Below are positions 12,301 through 23,573 of a DNA stretch of 64,000 bases, piece after piece. A program made the position numbers and the translations under genes. This stretch comes from Leptogorgia sarmentosa (taxonomy: Eukaryota): positions 18,972,001 through 19,036,000 of the forward strand of contig OZ210885.1 in NCBI GenBank assembly GCA_964658305.1, written 5' to 3'. Under the pieces are notes generated by a model. It was not told the origin of the DNA. It saw nothing but the letters and a program-made list of their open reading frames with translations, and searched no databases. Positions within the stretch are counted from its first letter, which is position 1; the number at the start of each line of letters is the position of its first letter.

Positions 12301-14815
12301 AACCACAAGAACCGTAGTAGGACATTTCGATCATCTTCTGAAACTGCGACCATCAAGAACGCCTTTTCTATGTCACCCGATTGTGACTCCGGAATCGAAG
12401 AATTATGTCCATTATGTTCTGAGTCATAGCCGGACCTTTATAGAGGCTGTCGTTAAGGGAGGTCCCAGCAGACTTGGCCGATGCATCGTATACTAGTCTT
12501 AACTTAGTCGTCTCCTTATCACGTCTAATTACTGCATGGTGTGGGATGTAATGGACCTTTCCAACCTCTCCGACGTCTTCTTCGCCGACGACCTCGACTA
12601 TTCCCCTGTTGAGCTGATCCTTAATCACAGCATCATTTTCCTTTAAGATATCTGGGTCTCGTTGCAACCGTTCACGTAGGTTCCATAGACGTTTCTGGCT
12701 TAACTCATAGTTGTCTGGCAATAATGGGTGTTGCTCCTTCCAGGGTAATTTCACCTCGTACCTTCCTTCTTTAAAGCTTATGCTGCTCTTGAATTCTTCT
12801 GTAACTGACTTCTCCTCTTTTGCTATTCCCAGTGACTCTAAGTCCCAAAATCGTAGCAGTTCTTGGTCCGTCGAATCGCAGCTCATTGGGCAACCTGCAG
12901 CTCCTAGTCGTAGAACATGAGTGATGGATACATTGACGGCATGTTCATGCTTTGGTCGTGAGCAATTCTCGACTGGTCCTGAAAGGACCCATCCGAGCTT
13001 CGTTTTGATGGCCGTTGGACCATGTCTTCCTCTACGAATTTCTCCCGTCACTATCTCCCAATACTGGTCACATCCAATGAGAATGTCAACATCGGAATCT
13101 TGTTCTCCATTTGACGCGTCTGCTAGCGTTAGATTGCCTAGATGGTGGTAACTTTCGCAGGCTTGTGAAGTCAGCTGATACTGCAGCGGTTCACAGATAT
13201 TCAGCACAACAAATGCAGATAAGGGCAATCATGCTCAATCAAGGTGGCTTTTTAGGATGAACTTAACCGTGTCGCATGTAGTCAGCTTCTCTTCTTCCAA
13301 ACCAAACGTCTTGATCAGCAGTGACTCGGTATTCACTGTAGATAGACCTAATAAATCTCGTACTCGGTGGGTGATGTAAGATCGCTGACTTCCACTGTCT
13401 AGGATAACTCTTACAACGGCTCCTTTCCCGTTGTTCTCCACAGGGAGGATCGTGGCTTGAGCCGTTTGAAGGAGGAGGGGTGTCTTGGAATTCACGAACA
13501 GTGTCCTTGTTTCGTTATCTGACTGTTGACTCAATTTGTTTCCCGCTACGTTCGGCAGTTTTCCTTCCTGTTTCTGTGATTGTTGTTGCGACTTGAGTTC
13601 CGAAATTGGAGCACATAGGGATTGTCTTGGTTTGTTGTCAGTGTTCTTCTTTGTGCATATCAGCATATGATGGTTACCGTTGCATTTATAACAGCGAGAT
13701 CTCGAGCTACAGTCTCGACTTAAGTGATTCTTCCTCAAACAGAAAACATCGTCCCGTTTTTCGTAAGATGTCTATTCGTGCTGTGAAGTTGGATACGACC
13801 GTGCAACTGTTAGATGTATGTGATTGCTGGCAGTATGTACATGTTGGTGGTGTTCCTCCTGTGTGCAGGGCTGCAATTGAAGGCGGTTGCTTGGTAGGGT
13901 TTCTGATCTGACTGGGTTGCTTTGTATCTCTATTGGTATTCGCAGTTGCTCTTTCTCGGGCTTCTAGCTCGCGTTCTACCAAACGTAGCAACTGTTCCAA
14001 GTTCCACACCTCACCCTGTACTTCTCGACTCACAAGTACACATAGTTCCTGAAGTAATTTATTGAGCAGCATTGAACATAGAAGGTTACCATAAGACTCT
14101 GGTTGTACTCCCAGTGATGTAAGGGCTCTGATGTGTGATTCTACTGTATCATAGAGTGTACGAAGTCCCTTAAGATTGTATATAGATGTAACTGCTTGTA
14201 GGTTTAGGAGAATATCCATGTGTTTGTTGATTGCAAGCTGTTTGTTGGCAAACCGCTTCTTTAATATTTTGAGGGCTTCTTCGTAATTTGCATTTGTAAG
14301 TGTTAATCCTGCTACTGAATCTGCTGCTGCACCCTCAAGAAGTGAGGAAAGGTAGTTAAACTTATCAATGCTTGACAAGTTGGGATTCTTGTGAATGGAT
14401 GACTCGAATGTATCCCAAAATGTTGTCCAAGATGTGGGGTCACCTCTAAATTTCTTGAGGTTCAACTTTGGTAGCTTCACTGTTGGAGTGGTTGAGCTGG
14501 TCGAGGTATTGACGGTTGGTTTCGAGGGTTCGATTGGCGTGTTGATGTCGTCTGGGTTGCTACTACTTTTGGTTATGGGACTACCTTCGGACGCTGGTAG
14601 CGGTGAGCTTGTGGGGGTTGTCAGCTTATGCTCAGCGTTCACATTTACAACAGGTGGAGCGGGCCTTTCATATTTTTCTAATGTCATCTGTATTTGAATT
14701 ATAACCGACTGAATGCTTTCCTGGACAATATCAGACATTATTCCAATTTTACTCACGTATTCAGATGATAGAATTTCAATATGGCGACTGACTCTTTCAA
14801 ACTTTCGTCTTTTAA

Positions 14816-14832
14816 TCCGGCTCGAAGGACCA
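14816..14832 (-). promoter_or_regulatory. Primer-binding site complementary to tRNA-Tyr
   Basis: Minus strand reads TGGTCCTTCGAGCCGGA directly after the 5' LTR, complementary to the 3' end of eukaryotic tRNA-Tyr (…UCCGGCUCGAAGGACCA). Confidence 0.85.
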
Positions 14833-15053
14833 TGTAAGATTTTAGGCTAAATTCTAAGAGACTCTTATCGTTGATTCACTTCTGTTTCTTTCCGCTGGTT
14901 CCGAATCTGCTCTATTCACTAGGATCACACAGGATTCATAACAAAATTGTAATATAAAAACGAAAGTACAATATTTAACAACAACAACCCTCATTCCTAT
15001 TCCATGTGCTCTAGCGTTACGTCATGATGTGCTTTATTACGTCATGTCTTACA
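14833..15053 (-). repeat. 5' LTR of the second BEL element
   Basis: Direct repeat of 9138-9358, adjacent to the PBS. Confidence 0.97.
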
Positions 15054-15058
15054 GTGTC

Positions 15059-15755
15059 CTCCCAGTTGGTAATTTTAAGATTGCACATTGTTTTCTGGTC
15101 TGACAATATACAATAGTCCAACAAGTTGACTCGTTCTTGTCTTTTACCTCGTTGATAATTTGACTAAAAATGACACTGAAGTCCAAGCTGTTATCAACAT
15201 ACTGGATGCAGTATTTGAGGTTTCCATGCTCAGGGCTCATTTCAACAACAAAGGTATCATGGCTGAGGCATAGCACATCAAAAATATGTCTTTTGGCCGT
15301 GGAGGTAGCTGTTGCTGTACAAACAACAAATGATACGCTTCCTAGTAAGGATCGCAGTTCCCCAAGGTTGCCATACCAATGTCTGAATGGTACTGATTTT
15401 GCCCCAGGTAAACCCCTATGTATGTGAACAATAAATTCTAATACAAATTAAGAATTGTGATACAAAAACTTAAGATAACATAAAATATTATTTACTGAAT
15501 TTAAATTGAACTGACCATTGGCTGATACAATGCGCTTCATCCACAGCTACGACTACACAGTGCTCCTCGAAGGTTGGTGATTCTAACATTTTTCGCCAGC
15601 GTTGATGAGACAACATGGACTCTGGTGATATATACACATGAGAATAGATCCCTTCTTCAACCTCTTCTAATACCTTCGGATCTTGATCAGCATACACAGC
15701 TACAGCGTTAATACCAAGAGATTGTAAATGAGCAACTTGATCAAGCATCAGTGAG
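15059..15755 (-). pseudogene. RecQ-like helicase, middle exons (DEAH box region)
   Basis: SLMLDQV..L...YISPE...VAVDEAHCISQW, an intron, then TATATST and TIVYCQTRKQC. Continues at 9132 across the BEL TSD. Confidence 0.88.
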
Positions 15756-15868
15756 GTTTAAATTTTTTGGCAGCAAAAAATTTTATTGGTGATATTAAAT
15801 CTAGGTATGATTCCTGGCATATCGGTGAAAAAATTTTTCAATTTATGGCGGTTTAAAAATGGCTTTCA

Positions 15869-16832
15869 ATGGACCTTGTCCGTGGTAACAAGGAGTCTGA
15901 GTCTAGTCCTATTTCTGACGTCACGCAAGGTAGTCGGCATTTAACTTTGATCCAGGCGCTTATTATTATAAGCGTCCTGATCGACTCCAAAGTCCGATCA
16001 AGAAACAGAACAGCTAGAGCAAGAAGAAAAGCTAAGGAGCCGACTGGATGGTTCTGTTGAAGTGAGCGAGTGGTAAGTACTAAGTCGATAAAACATGTGT
16101 TTGTTGCAGATTTATATGACAAACTTTTTTATTTCTCATCTATAAACTTCGAATTTTTTCTCTCCTTCATCGCAGGTGCAGTTGTGGGAACTGTGATATA
16201 ACTCTGCTGACAAATAATAGCGAATGTTATTGTTGTTTTGAACTGGAGGGATGCGGGGAATCCATGCAATGCGAAGAAGTTCTACTGGATCTGAAAGCCG
16301 AAGGCGTGCAAAATGCTAAGTGTGTAACACAGCACCCAGGATTCAACCCCGTATGCCTTCAAAAGTGGAGTTTGAAGATGGCTGCTGACAAATATAAAAC
16401 AAAAAACAAAAGCAGATACAGTCAAACGTCAACAGAGAAATGTGTTGTTAAATTTTTCTCTGTTTCCAAAGAGAAAATATTACTAAATATTAACAAAAAT
16501 AGATTACATTACTATATTATAATTATTTACTATAAAAGCAGATAAGATTTTGCTAAATAGAATTATGGAGAAAGTAAATTTATACCTTTGTAATTGAGGA
16601 CTATGATTGCAGGCAACCCTGGTTCACATAATGACAAAACTTGAAATTATATTTATTTTGTTTTAGCTTTCTATGCAGTATCTCCTATAGAGAGTTTACA
16701 AGGATGATGTATGGAGTTCTTGGCAACAGAAGAATCCCACTGCCTGCATGTGCCTACATGGCAATAAGAAATACATTTCCCATCATGGAAAAGGAAGGAC
16801 AGTTTACTGGATATTCTGACGACTCAGACTAG
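15869..16832 (+). pseudogene. KolX-like Cys-rich protein related to the P2X7 C-terminal 'ballast' domain (3 exons)
   Basis: WCSCGNC...SECYCCFEL (exon starting 16176), CVTQHPGFNPVCL, YREFTRMMYGVLGNRRIPLPACAYMAIRNTFP...FTGY. Confidence 0.8.
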
Positions 16833-18430
16833 TTTATTTATTTAAATATATTTAAATATACACCTAAGGCCTAGGTTCCTGTCTGTTTTTTGGGCAATCC
16901 ATATTTTTAACATGTCCCTTCATTGGATGTCCACATGTTTGACAATGGCGTTTCAGTGGACCTTCCTTATTGTTCTTTGCCTCTTTTTGTTGCCTAAGTT
17001 GTTTCGTATGTTGCATTACTACATAAAATTGATAACTAACTTTAGTCCAACTTCTGACAAGTAAAAAACAGGGGAGGGGGTGATTTAAGCAAACAAAAGA
17101 CAACAGATTTTAGAAAGTATTACATACCAGGAATACTGGGTGGAACATCTTCAATAGACATTTGACTCCTGTCATTTCTTTTTTTCACTGCCTCCTCCTT
17201 TGTTTATTCAGCATTGTGTTCATAGGAGGGGGGCACATTTCCTTCAATTCAGCTTCCTCATTACCAAGGTCTCTCTCAGACACTGACAAGAAAGTCTCGT
17301 AGATTTCTTGTACATAATCTGTAGAAAAAATTTACATAATTGAATCATAAAATATAAATAACCAAATATAAGACAGCATTTACATTTGCAGATAGACAGA
17401 AACCTACCAAAATTCTGAGCAACCCTAACACTTCGAATTGTCGCCTCTCCATTCTTGAATTTGGGGTAGCTGACCTTAATTCTTTCAGAATTGTCAGAAT
17501 TGGGTTTTTTCTCCCTCTGAAGGTTGCTGTTGAAGTGTATTACAGCTAGAATATGCCTAATTACCAAAAAAATATATATTAATTCCATTTGCTCTCTTGA
17601 AGAATGTATTCTTCACCAATCAAAGTAATGAACATTTCAATTAGAGGACATTCTGACCTGCAGTATTGTCCAACATAAGAGTATGAAATCATCTTGGGTG
17701 CAAAGTGATTGAGCACACTATGAAAGCCCTCTAGACAGCTGGTTTGTGCCAGTGGAGAAGCTTTCTTAATGCCATCTACCAGCCTCTTGTTTCTTAGTGC
17801 AGCACACACTTTTATGGAGGGGTGAATCTATAGGAAAGGAATGTTAATAACTAAACAGTTTCCATCCATGTGTAAATATTTTATTGTGAATATATTCTGA
17901 TGAGGCAAACAAGCTACAACTAGAAATTGGGGTGTTATAACTTGTACACTGTAAACTATATGCCATCATAGACATAAAAGTGAAATGTTTTACATACCAA
18001 TGGTCAACCACTTTCTGGCTGGAATGTTGCTTCCATGGGCACACTTGTCAAACAATGGATCACTGTGTCCTGAGTGGATGTTGACAATATGTTGTAGAAA
18101 GGACTTGAATTTTGCCCAAATTACCAAACCATTGCCATCATATGTTGAGGAAGCACTCCAATGCAGGTGATTTTCACATGGTCGGATCCATTCATTCAAT
18201 GCTTCACAGTCTTTCTCTTTGGCAATTTTGAAAAGCACTTTCCTTATTTCTGCAAGCAATAAAATTTTCAAGCAGAAAAAAATGTCAACAAGAATAGAAG
18301 GAGAATAGTGGAATAGTGAAGGCTGATTCAGGTTAATAATTATTAATCATCTCATCAGTAATTCAGTTCTGTTTATAGTTCAGTGGTTCAGTTGTTTCTA
18401 ATCCTATATTTGGAGTCTGGGCATTAGCAT

Positions 18431-21002
18431 TAGTGATGGGCGATACCGGGATTTTTGATTCGATACCGATACCGATACTTTGAAGATCGGTATCGGCCGA
18501 TACCGATACCTATTTCGATACCAAAATAAACTCAAAAATCACATTTTCGATACCGGAAATTACAACTTATTTTGTTGGTATCGGCTACTTTCGATACCAA
18601 ATGATTGCAAAATTTCAACATTACCATTAGACGTAAATGAAAATTTCAACAAATAAGTCTTTAATTAACTTTCATTTTACAAATTATTGTTCAGGAATAG
18701 AAGTGTGTTAATGTTTGAGGGCTTTAGGTTCGACCTTTTTTTTGGAAACCAGTTCACCAGCTTTGGAAAATGCTCTTTCTGATGGAACAGATGTTGCGGG
18801 AATGCATAGGTACTTCTTCAATAACTGCGTTAAGTGTGGGTAAGTTGATGCGTGCTCCTTCCACCACGTTAACAGATCTTCTTGTCGAGGAATATTTTTC
18901 TCTTGTAAGTATCGTCTAATTTCTACGGCAGATTCTACAGAATTTGTACAATGTGAAGATGCCTCGGCAACCTTCTTATCGAAGCTTCCCCACAAATCAC
19001 TTTCATGGACAGACTGTTGTGTACTCGGTGTCACAGCGTTCACTCTGACTCTTTCACCAGTATCATCCGGAATTATGTCACAGATTTCCCCAGAAATTCT
19101 CTCTATAGACCGTTCTGCAGTATCCGCACTGGAAAACGCAATTTTTTTGAAACGAGGATCTAAAATAGTTGAAGCTGAAAGAGTATGATTAGATTCTAAT
19201 TGGGAAAACCTTCTTTTCAATTGACGCTTCAGCTCTGCTTTGAGTCTAAATTCCAGTGACTGGGGCTCATCAACAGTTGGAGTTGCACTAACGCCAAGAG
19301 AACATTGCAGTAAATGGACCAGAGGAATTATTTTTGACAATGAGATAAATGACTCACTTGACATCTCTCGTGTTGCCTTCTCAAATGCCCCGAGCACAGT
19401 GACAATTTGCTGCATCGAATCAAATTCAGAGTTAGTAAGACATAGATCATTCTTCCCACTTAAGCACAAGGCAGTTGTCACAGCTTCCCTGAGCTTAAGC
19501 AACCGTTCCATCATGTAAAAGGTGGAGTTCCACCGTGTCTCAACATCTTGCTTAAGTTTCAATGCCTTTGTACTTGTGTTTGCCTGAGACTGTATAGACA
19601 GCAACTTCTCTGTTGCTTTTGAACTGCGATGAAAGTAACTCACAATGTCCTTGCACTTCTGCTGAAGACTTACTAGTCCATTGACAGTTTTCAAGAATCC
19701 TGAACAATAAGGTTGAGGGTGTGTGCAAAGCAAGGCAAATGACGCCATGCAAGCAAGTTAATAGCAGCTACAATGTTAGCAGCATTATCTGTAATAATGC
19801 AACATATCTTCTCAGTTATTTCCCATTCTTGAGCAATCTTTTTTCAACTCTTCTGCAAGGTTGTGTGCAGTGTGGTCTCTCTGTACATACAATGTTTCAA
19901 GGACCTTTGAACATAATTGCATTTCTTGATTAATGAAATGGCAGGTGAGTGTGAGATAACTTAAAGTTTGATTTGAAGTTCACAGATCTGTTGTTAAAGC
20001 AACATGCTTTACTTGTGCCAGCTCAAGTTTTACATCATCTTTTAGTCTTTCATACTTTTTTGGAAGCAATGACCTTGTTATTGTGGAACGACTGGGTAGC
20101 TGATACCGTGGATCTAACACCTTCACTAATTCAATAAATCCTTCATTCTCAACAACAGAAAGAGGCTGCATATCCTAACAAAATAATCAACAAGACAATA
20201 TTGTCTTATTGGCCATAATATAATAACAATTGGCCACAATATAATAACAATATAGAAATAACGTTGTTTAAAAATTTAATACATTTTACTATTATACCTT
20301 GGCAATCATTCCCACCAATAATTCTGTTATGTCTCCCCACCGTTTCGAAGAAGAAGGATACATTGTTCCTCTTTCAAGTGCCGTTTGCATGGTCATTTGT
20401 TTTGGAGTAGCCTTTCTCTTGTTTGCCAGTGACTTTTCCTGTTCCTTCTTCTCTGCGTCTACCAATTTGTACTCCGAATCATGTTTACATTTCAGGTGCT
20501 TGAACAAGTTTGATGTGTTATTTGCACGCTTTAAAACTTCTCCGCAAATGGTGCAAGAGACTTGACTTGTGTCACTGCCAGACTCTTCGTCTTGATCAAA
20601 ATATCGCCAGACAGCACTCCTTTTCATCATGAATATTTAGGTGGCGGTAACCAACAACAGGTTACCTTTGGCGCATTATTAAATAATGGCGGGAATTAAC
20701 CAGAATTAACGAATTATACTGTTGGTCAGCGGAAAAAGTAGGTTATACTTTATGCAAACCAAGTAACCAACAGCAATGGAGAGACTTGCCACGCTACATT
20801 AATGAAGTTATCTTATCGGGTATTTTTTCTTTTGAAAAGACTCAGAAAGAAAAATATGAAGAAAAATTAAAATTCTATCGAGAAAGAGCTCCGAAAAAGA
20901 GGTGCAAGTATCGAACGATACCAGGTCAGTAATCGATACCGATACCGCTGAACATGGTATCGCTGGTATCGATTACCAAGTACTCGGTATCGCCCATCAC
21001 TA
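18431..21002 (-). mobile_element. hAT (Ac/ZBED-like) transposon inserted in a Kolobok intron
   Basis: 17-bp TIR TAGTGATGGGCGATACC, 8-bp TSD ATTAGCAT (18423-18430 and 21003-21010), subterminal GATACC repeats. Confidence 0.96.
18690..20630 (-). pseudogene. hAT transposase (BED finger, DDE, dimerisation domain), one intron, disrupted
   Basis: RSAVWRYF..C.IC..HLK.KH, ALTTDL*, QDVETRWNST, LDPRFK, PATSVPSERAFS. Confidence 0.92.
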
Positions 21003-22379
21003 ATTAGCATGAATAATTATTTGAAAAATGGAAATATTCTCACTTTTCTTCAAGTGCCACACATCAAAATAGTGGATAATGTTCTTCAAAACTTGCCGCA
21101 TATACTTTGCAATTGAAGTATGCCTGTCTGATATGAATGTGGTAGTGGTGAGGCCATAGTTGATAAGGTAGTCCATGCATAACTTGAAAGACATAAACTC
21201 CATTGCTGGACTACTTCCTGCTTGATTCCTCTACAAGAAAGAAAAATGTTGCAATGACAGTTGTGTCAAAAAAATAATTCAATAGGTAGTAACTAGTATG
21301 TGAAGCTACAATACTATTATTACATACCTGCACAAGATTAAAATGAATTATTTGTGCAAAAGTACAACAAAAAATTGTATATGCACAGAACTTGGCAGAA
21401 TGACCCATGCTGTCATGCTGGCCGTCCCCAGCCAGGACAACACCATTACTAACATCCTTAGCTTTTTGCAACAACAATGACCGGTACTTCTTCCAATGAA
21501 GGAAGATAGTGGGGAATAACACAGTCTAAAGTACAACATTTTTTATGAATGATTTAGTTCAAATATATTGCATCAATCAATGCATGTTTGTTTTGAGAAG
21601 TGTGTTTCATTTCCTTCAGATATACATATATGAGGTAAGAAGTACTGCAAATATTACTTTTTAGTTTATAAGAAAATGCTCTTTCTTACCCTCGGATAAC
21701 GGAAGTATGTTGTATGGGAGACACATCCGAGACCCATATGTTCAAAGATTTGTCTTATTTTGGTAAAAGAGCCACCACCGAGCAAGACTGCCATGCACAA
21801 CAGAAAGTTTCCAGCACGTGCTGTTCTACGTCCAGGTGTTAGAGGCTGACTGTACCAAGTTGTTATTTTTTTAGGACAATTTGGGTTGTGCCATGTTGAG
21901 GTCACAACAGCAGCAGTTCCAACAGCCTTTGCTTCCACTAGTGGGTTATCAGCTTTGCATGAATGGCAAAAGATGAAAAGCAGCAAGATGAAAAGCAGCA
22001 GAAGCTGTGATAGAAACACAATGTGCTTTGGTTCTGTTTGTCGATTTCCATTGTGTTGCAACAACCTGAAACAAGTAATTTAAATGCAACAGTATAATAG
22101 TGCACAATAGTTATTACAAAATGTTATACGAAAAAGAGAGAACACATCAAATAACCCAAGGTATTCAATTACTCACCCTATATCTTCTTCCATGAACTCT
22201 TCTTCATCTTCTTCCATGTCTGTTTCATCTACCTCATAGGCCAGATCACGTTCATCAGACAGATTCTCTTCCTCTGATTCTTCATCTTCACTGTCAACAT
22301 TGCCAACTTCCATTTCAGGTTCTTCAACGCCCTTCTTCACTGACTTTTCCTCCAAACGTTGTTCAAGCTGGAAAAGCAA

Positions 22380-22624
22380 AAAAATATTGATTGGTATACA
22401 AGTGATTTCCCGTATCCCGTTCCTGCACTAAAATACACACCCTTTCCTCGAAAGAAAGCTTGTATACACTGTATTTGCTCTTTGTGAAGACTTTTCACAA
22501 AAAGTGGCAAATAACATCTGTTGCACTTTGGACGCCATATTCTTCGCGAAAATATTATGTGTAATTTATGTATAAAATATGCATAATTACCAAAGTCTTT
22601 CCCTGCTTTTTGGGGGAAATCCAT
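22380..22624 (-). pseudogene. RecQ-like helicase N-terminal exon (Q motif and Walker A)
   Basis: LHKEQIQCIQAFFRGKGVYFSAGTGYGKSLVYQ, next to the Academ-like terminus. Confidence 0.8.
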
Positions 22625-22808
22625 GTGACCAGAACAAGCATTCGGCCGCTGATTCGCAGTCTCTACATAAACCTTTTGTTTAATTTGATTGTTTAATTTG
22701 ATCCCGTAGTTTCCCCGACCCCGTTGAGACTGCGCGCAGGCTATGTTAGACCTACTTGCACACAGAATTAAGATCTATATATTATATTTGAAATACTACT
22801 TTTTCAGG

Positions 22809-23215
22809 AACCACAAAAGATTGTTCTTGGAAAGTACCATGTGAAGAAGAGAAGAGGAAACAGGTTAAAAGATGTTGGAGTGACAGATGATGCTCATTAT
22901 GTACCAAGTATACAGCAATTGCTCAATGATTTCTGAGGTACTCTGTGCACAAATAGTAGACATTTGTTTTTACATAAAAGTTGGCCTAGTATCACTAATC
23001 AGATAGATGGAATACACCATAGCAAGTAAAAGCTGTGAAAAACAGGTTTATTAACAGGTGGAAAACCCCACATTGCAGGGAAGATGAGCTTATATGTGAT
23101 TTTTGTGACAGCGAATGCTTCAAGCAATACCCCCATTTCAGCAATGATCCAACTTCACTGCAGATTCGTCTATATTTTATGAAGTGGAAGTGTGTAAATA
23201 AGCATAAACTAGGTT
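22809..23215 (+). pseudogene. EnSpm/CACTA-like (CMC) transposase fragment
   Basis: YVP..QQLLND, then DFCDSECFKQYPHFSNDPTSLQIRLY..EVEVC..KHKLG (degraded). Confidence 0.55.
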
Positions 23216-23573
23216 GGTGAACTTGTCAGAATCAATCGTTTCATTATCCATTATTTTTTAAGTCTCCCCTTTACACATACGATTTTTTTGAAATGAGATG
23301 GAGTAAATCTGATGCATTACATGTGAACACACTCACTACTAACCTTTTAGTGTGCCCCCAAATGTACTGTAGCATAACAAATCGCACTCAATCAACTTAA
23401 ATCGAGATCATATTACTATTTGACGAACTTCAAATAATTTACATATAAAATTTGCATACACAAATATTCTAAATAAATCTATTAAAAATTCTTACTTAAC
23501 ACGGATATTAGGCCCAGATCTTTTAATTTGACTCTTGGGGAACTGCAGTTTGGAAAATTTGCACACTCGCAGC

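Larger units (their letters stand above)
9138..15053 (-). mobile_element. Complete BEL/Pao LTR retrotransposon with disrupted gag-pol
   Basis: Two 221-bp LTRs, 5-bp TSD GTGTC (9133-9137 and 15054-15058), PBS and PPT (gaatgtggggag on the minus strand next to 9358). ORF pieces: gag 13707-14756, protease (ILDSGSQRSY) 13235-13738, RT (YVDD) 11571-13228, integrase (H..H..C..C, GVDFLGP, SDNG, APWWGGFFE) 10189-11559, DUF5641-like tail 9475-9921. Confidence 0.97.
15762..22379 (-). mobile_element. Kolobok DNA transposon remnant (transposase on minus, KolX on plus), termini largely lost
   Basis: Begins just after a TTAA within the helicase. Carries two convergent genes typical of Kolobok. Confidence 0.7.
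16864..22379 (-). pseudogene. Kolobok DDE transposase, multi-exon, 5'-truncated
   Basis: Exons carry EPKHIVF, GDGQHDSMGHSAKFCAYT, FISDRH, HYFDVWH (D(2)H), NHLHWSA, CAHG..RKWL, QTSCLEGFHS, YPKFKNGE and a terminal CQTCGHPMKGH finger. Confidence 0.8.
6435..22743. mobile_element. AcademH-type DNA transposon (transposase + RecQ-like helicase, convergent); left end missing; interrupted by BEL and Kolobok(+hAT) insertions
   Basis: Plus-strand DUF6589-like transposase, minus-strand SF2 helicase in three pieces, and a right terminus ...gagactgcgcgcaggcta (reverse complement TAGCCTGCGCGCAG) ending at 22743, resembling Academ TAG-type ends. Confidence 0.75.

Noticed and set aside
17890..17920. Other CTGATGA occurrences (also near 2951, 37004 and 42819) as hammerheads
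   Set aside because: No properly spaced stem II plus GAAAC/GTC partner was found.
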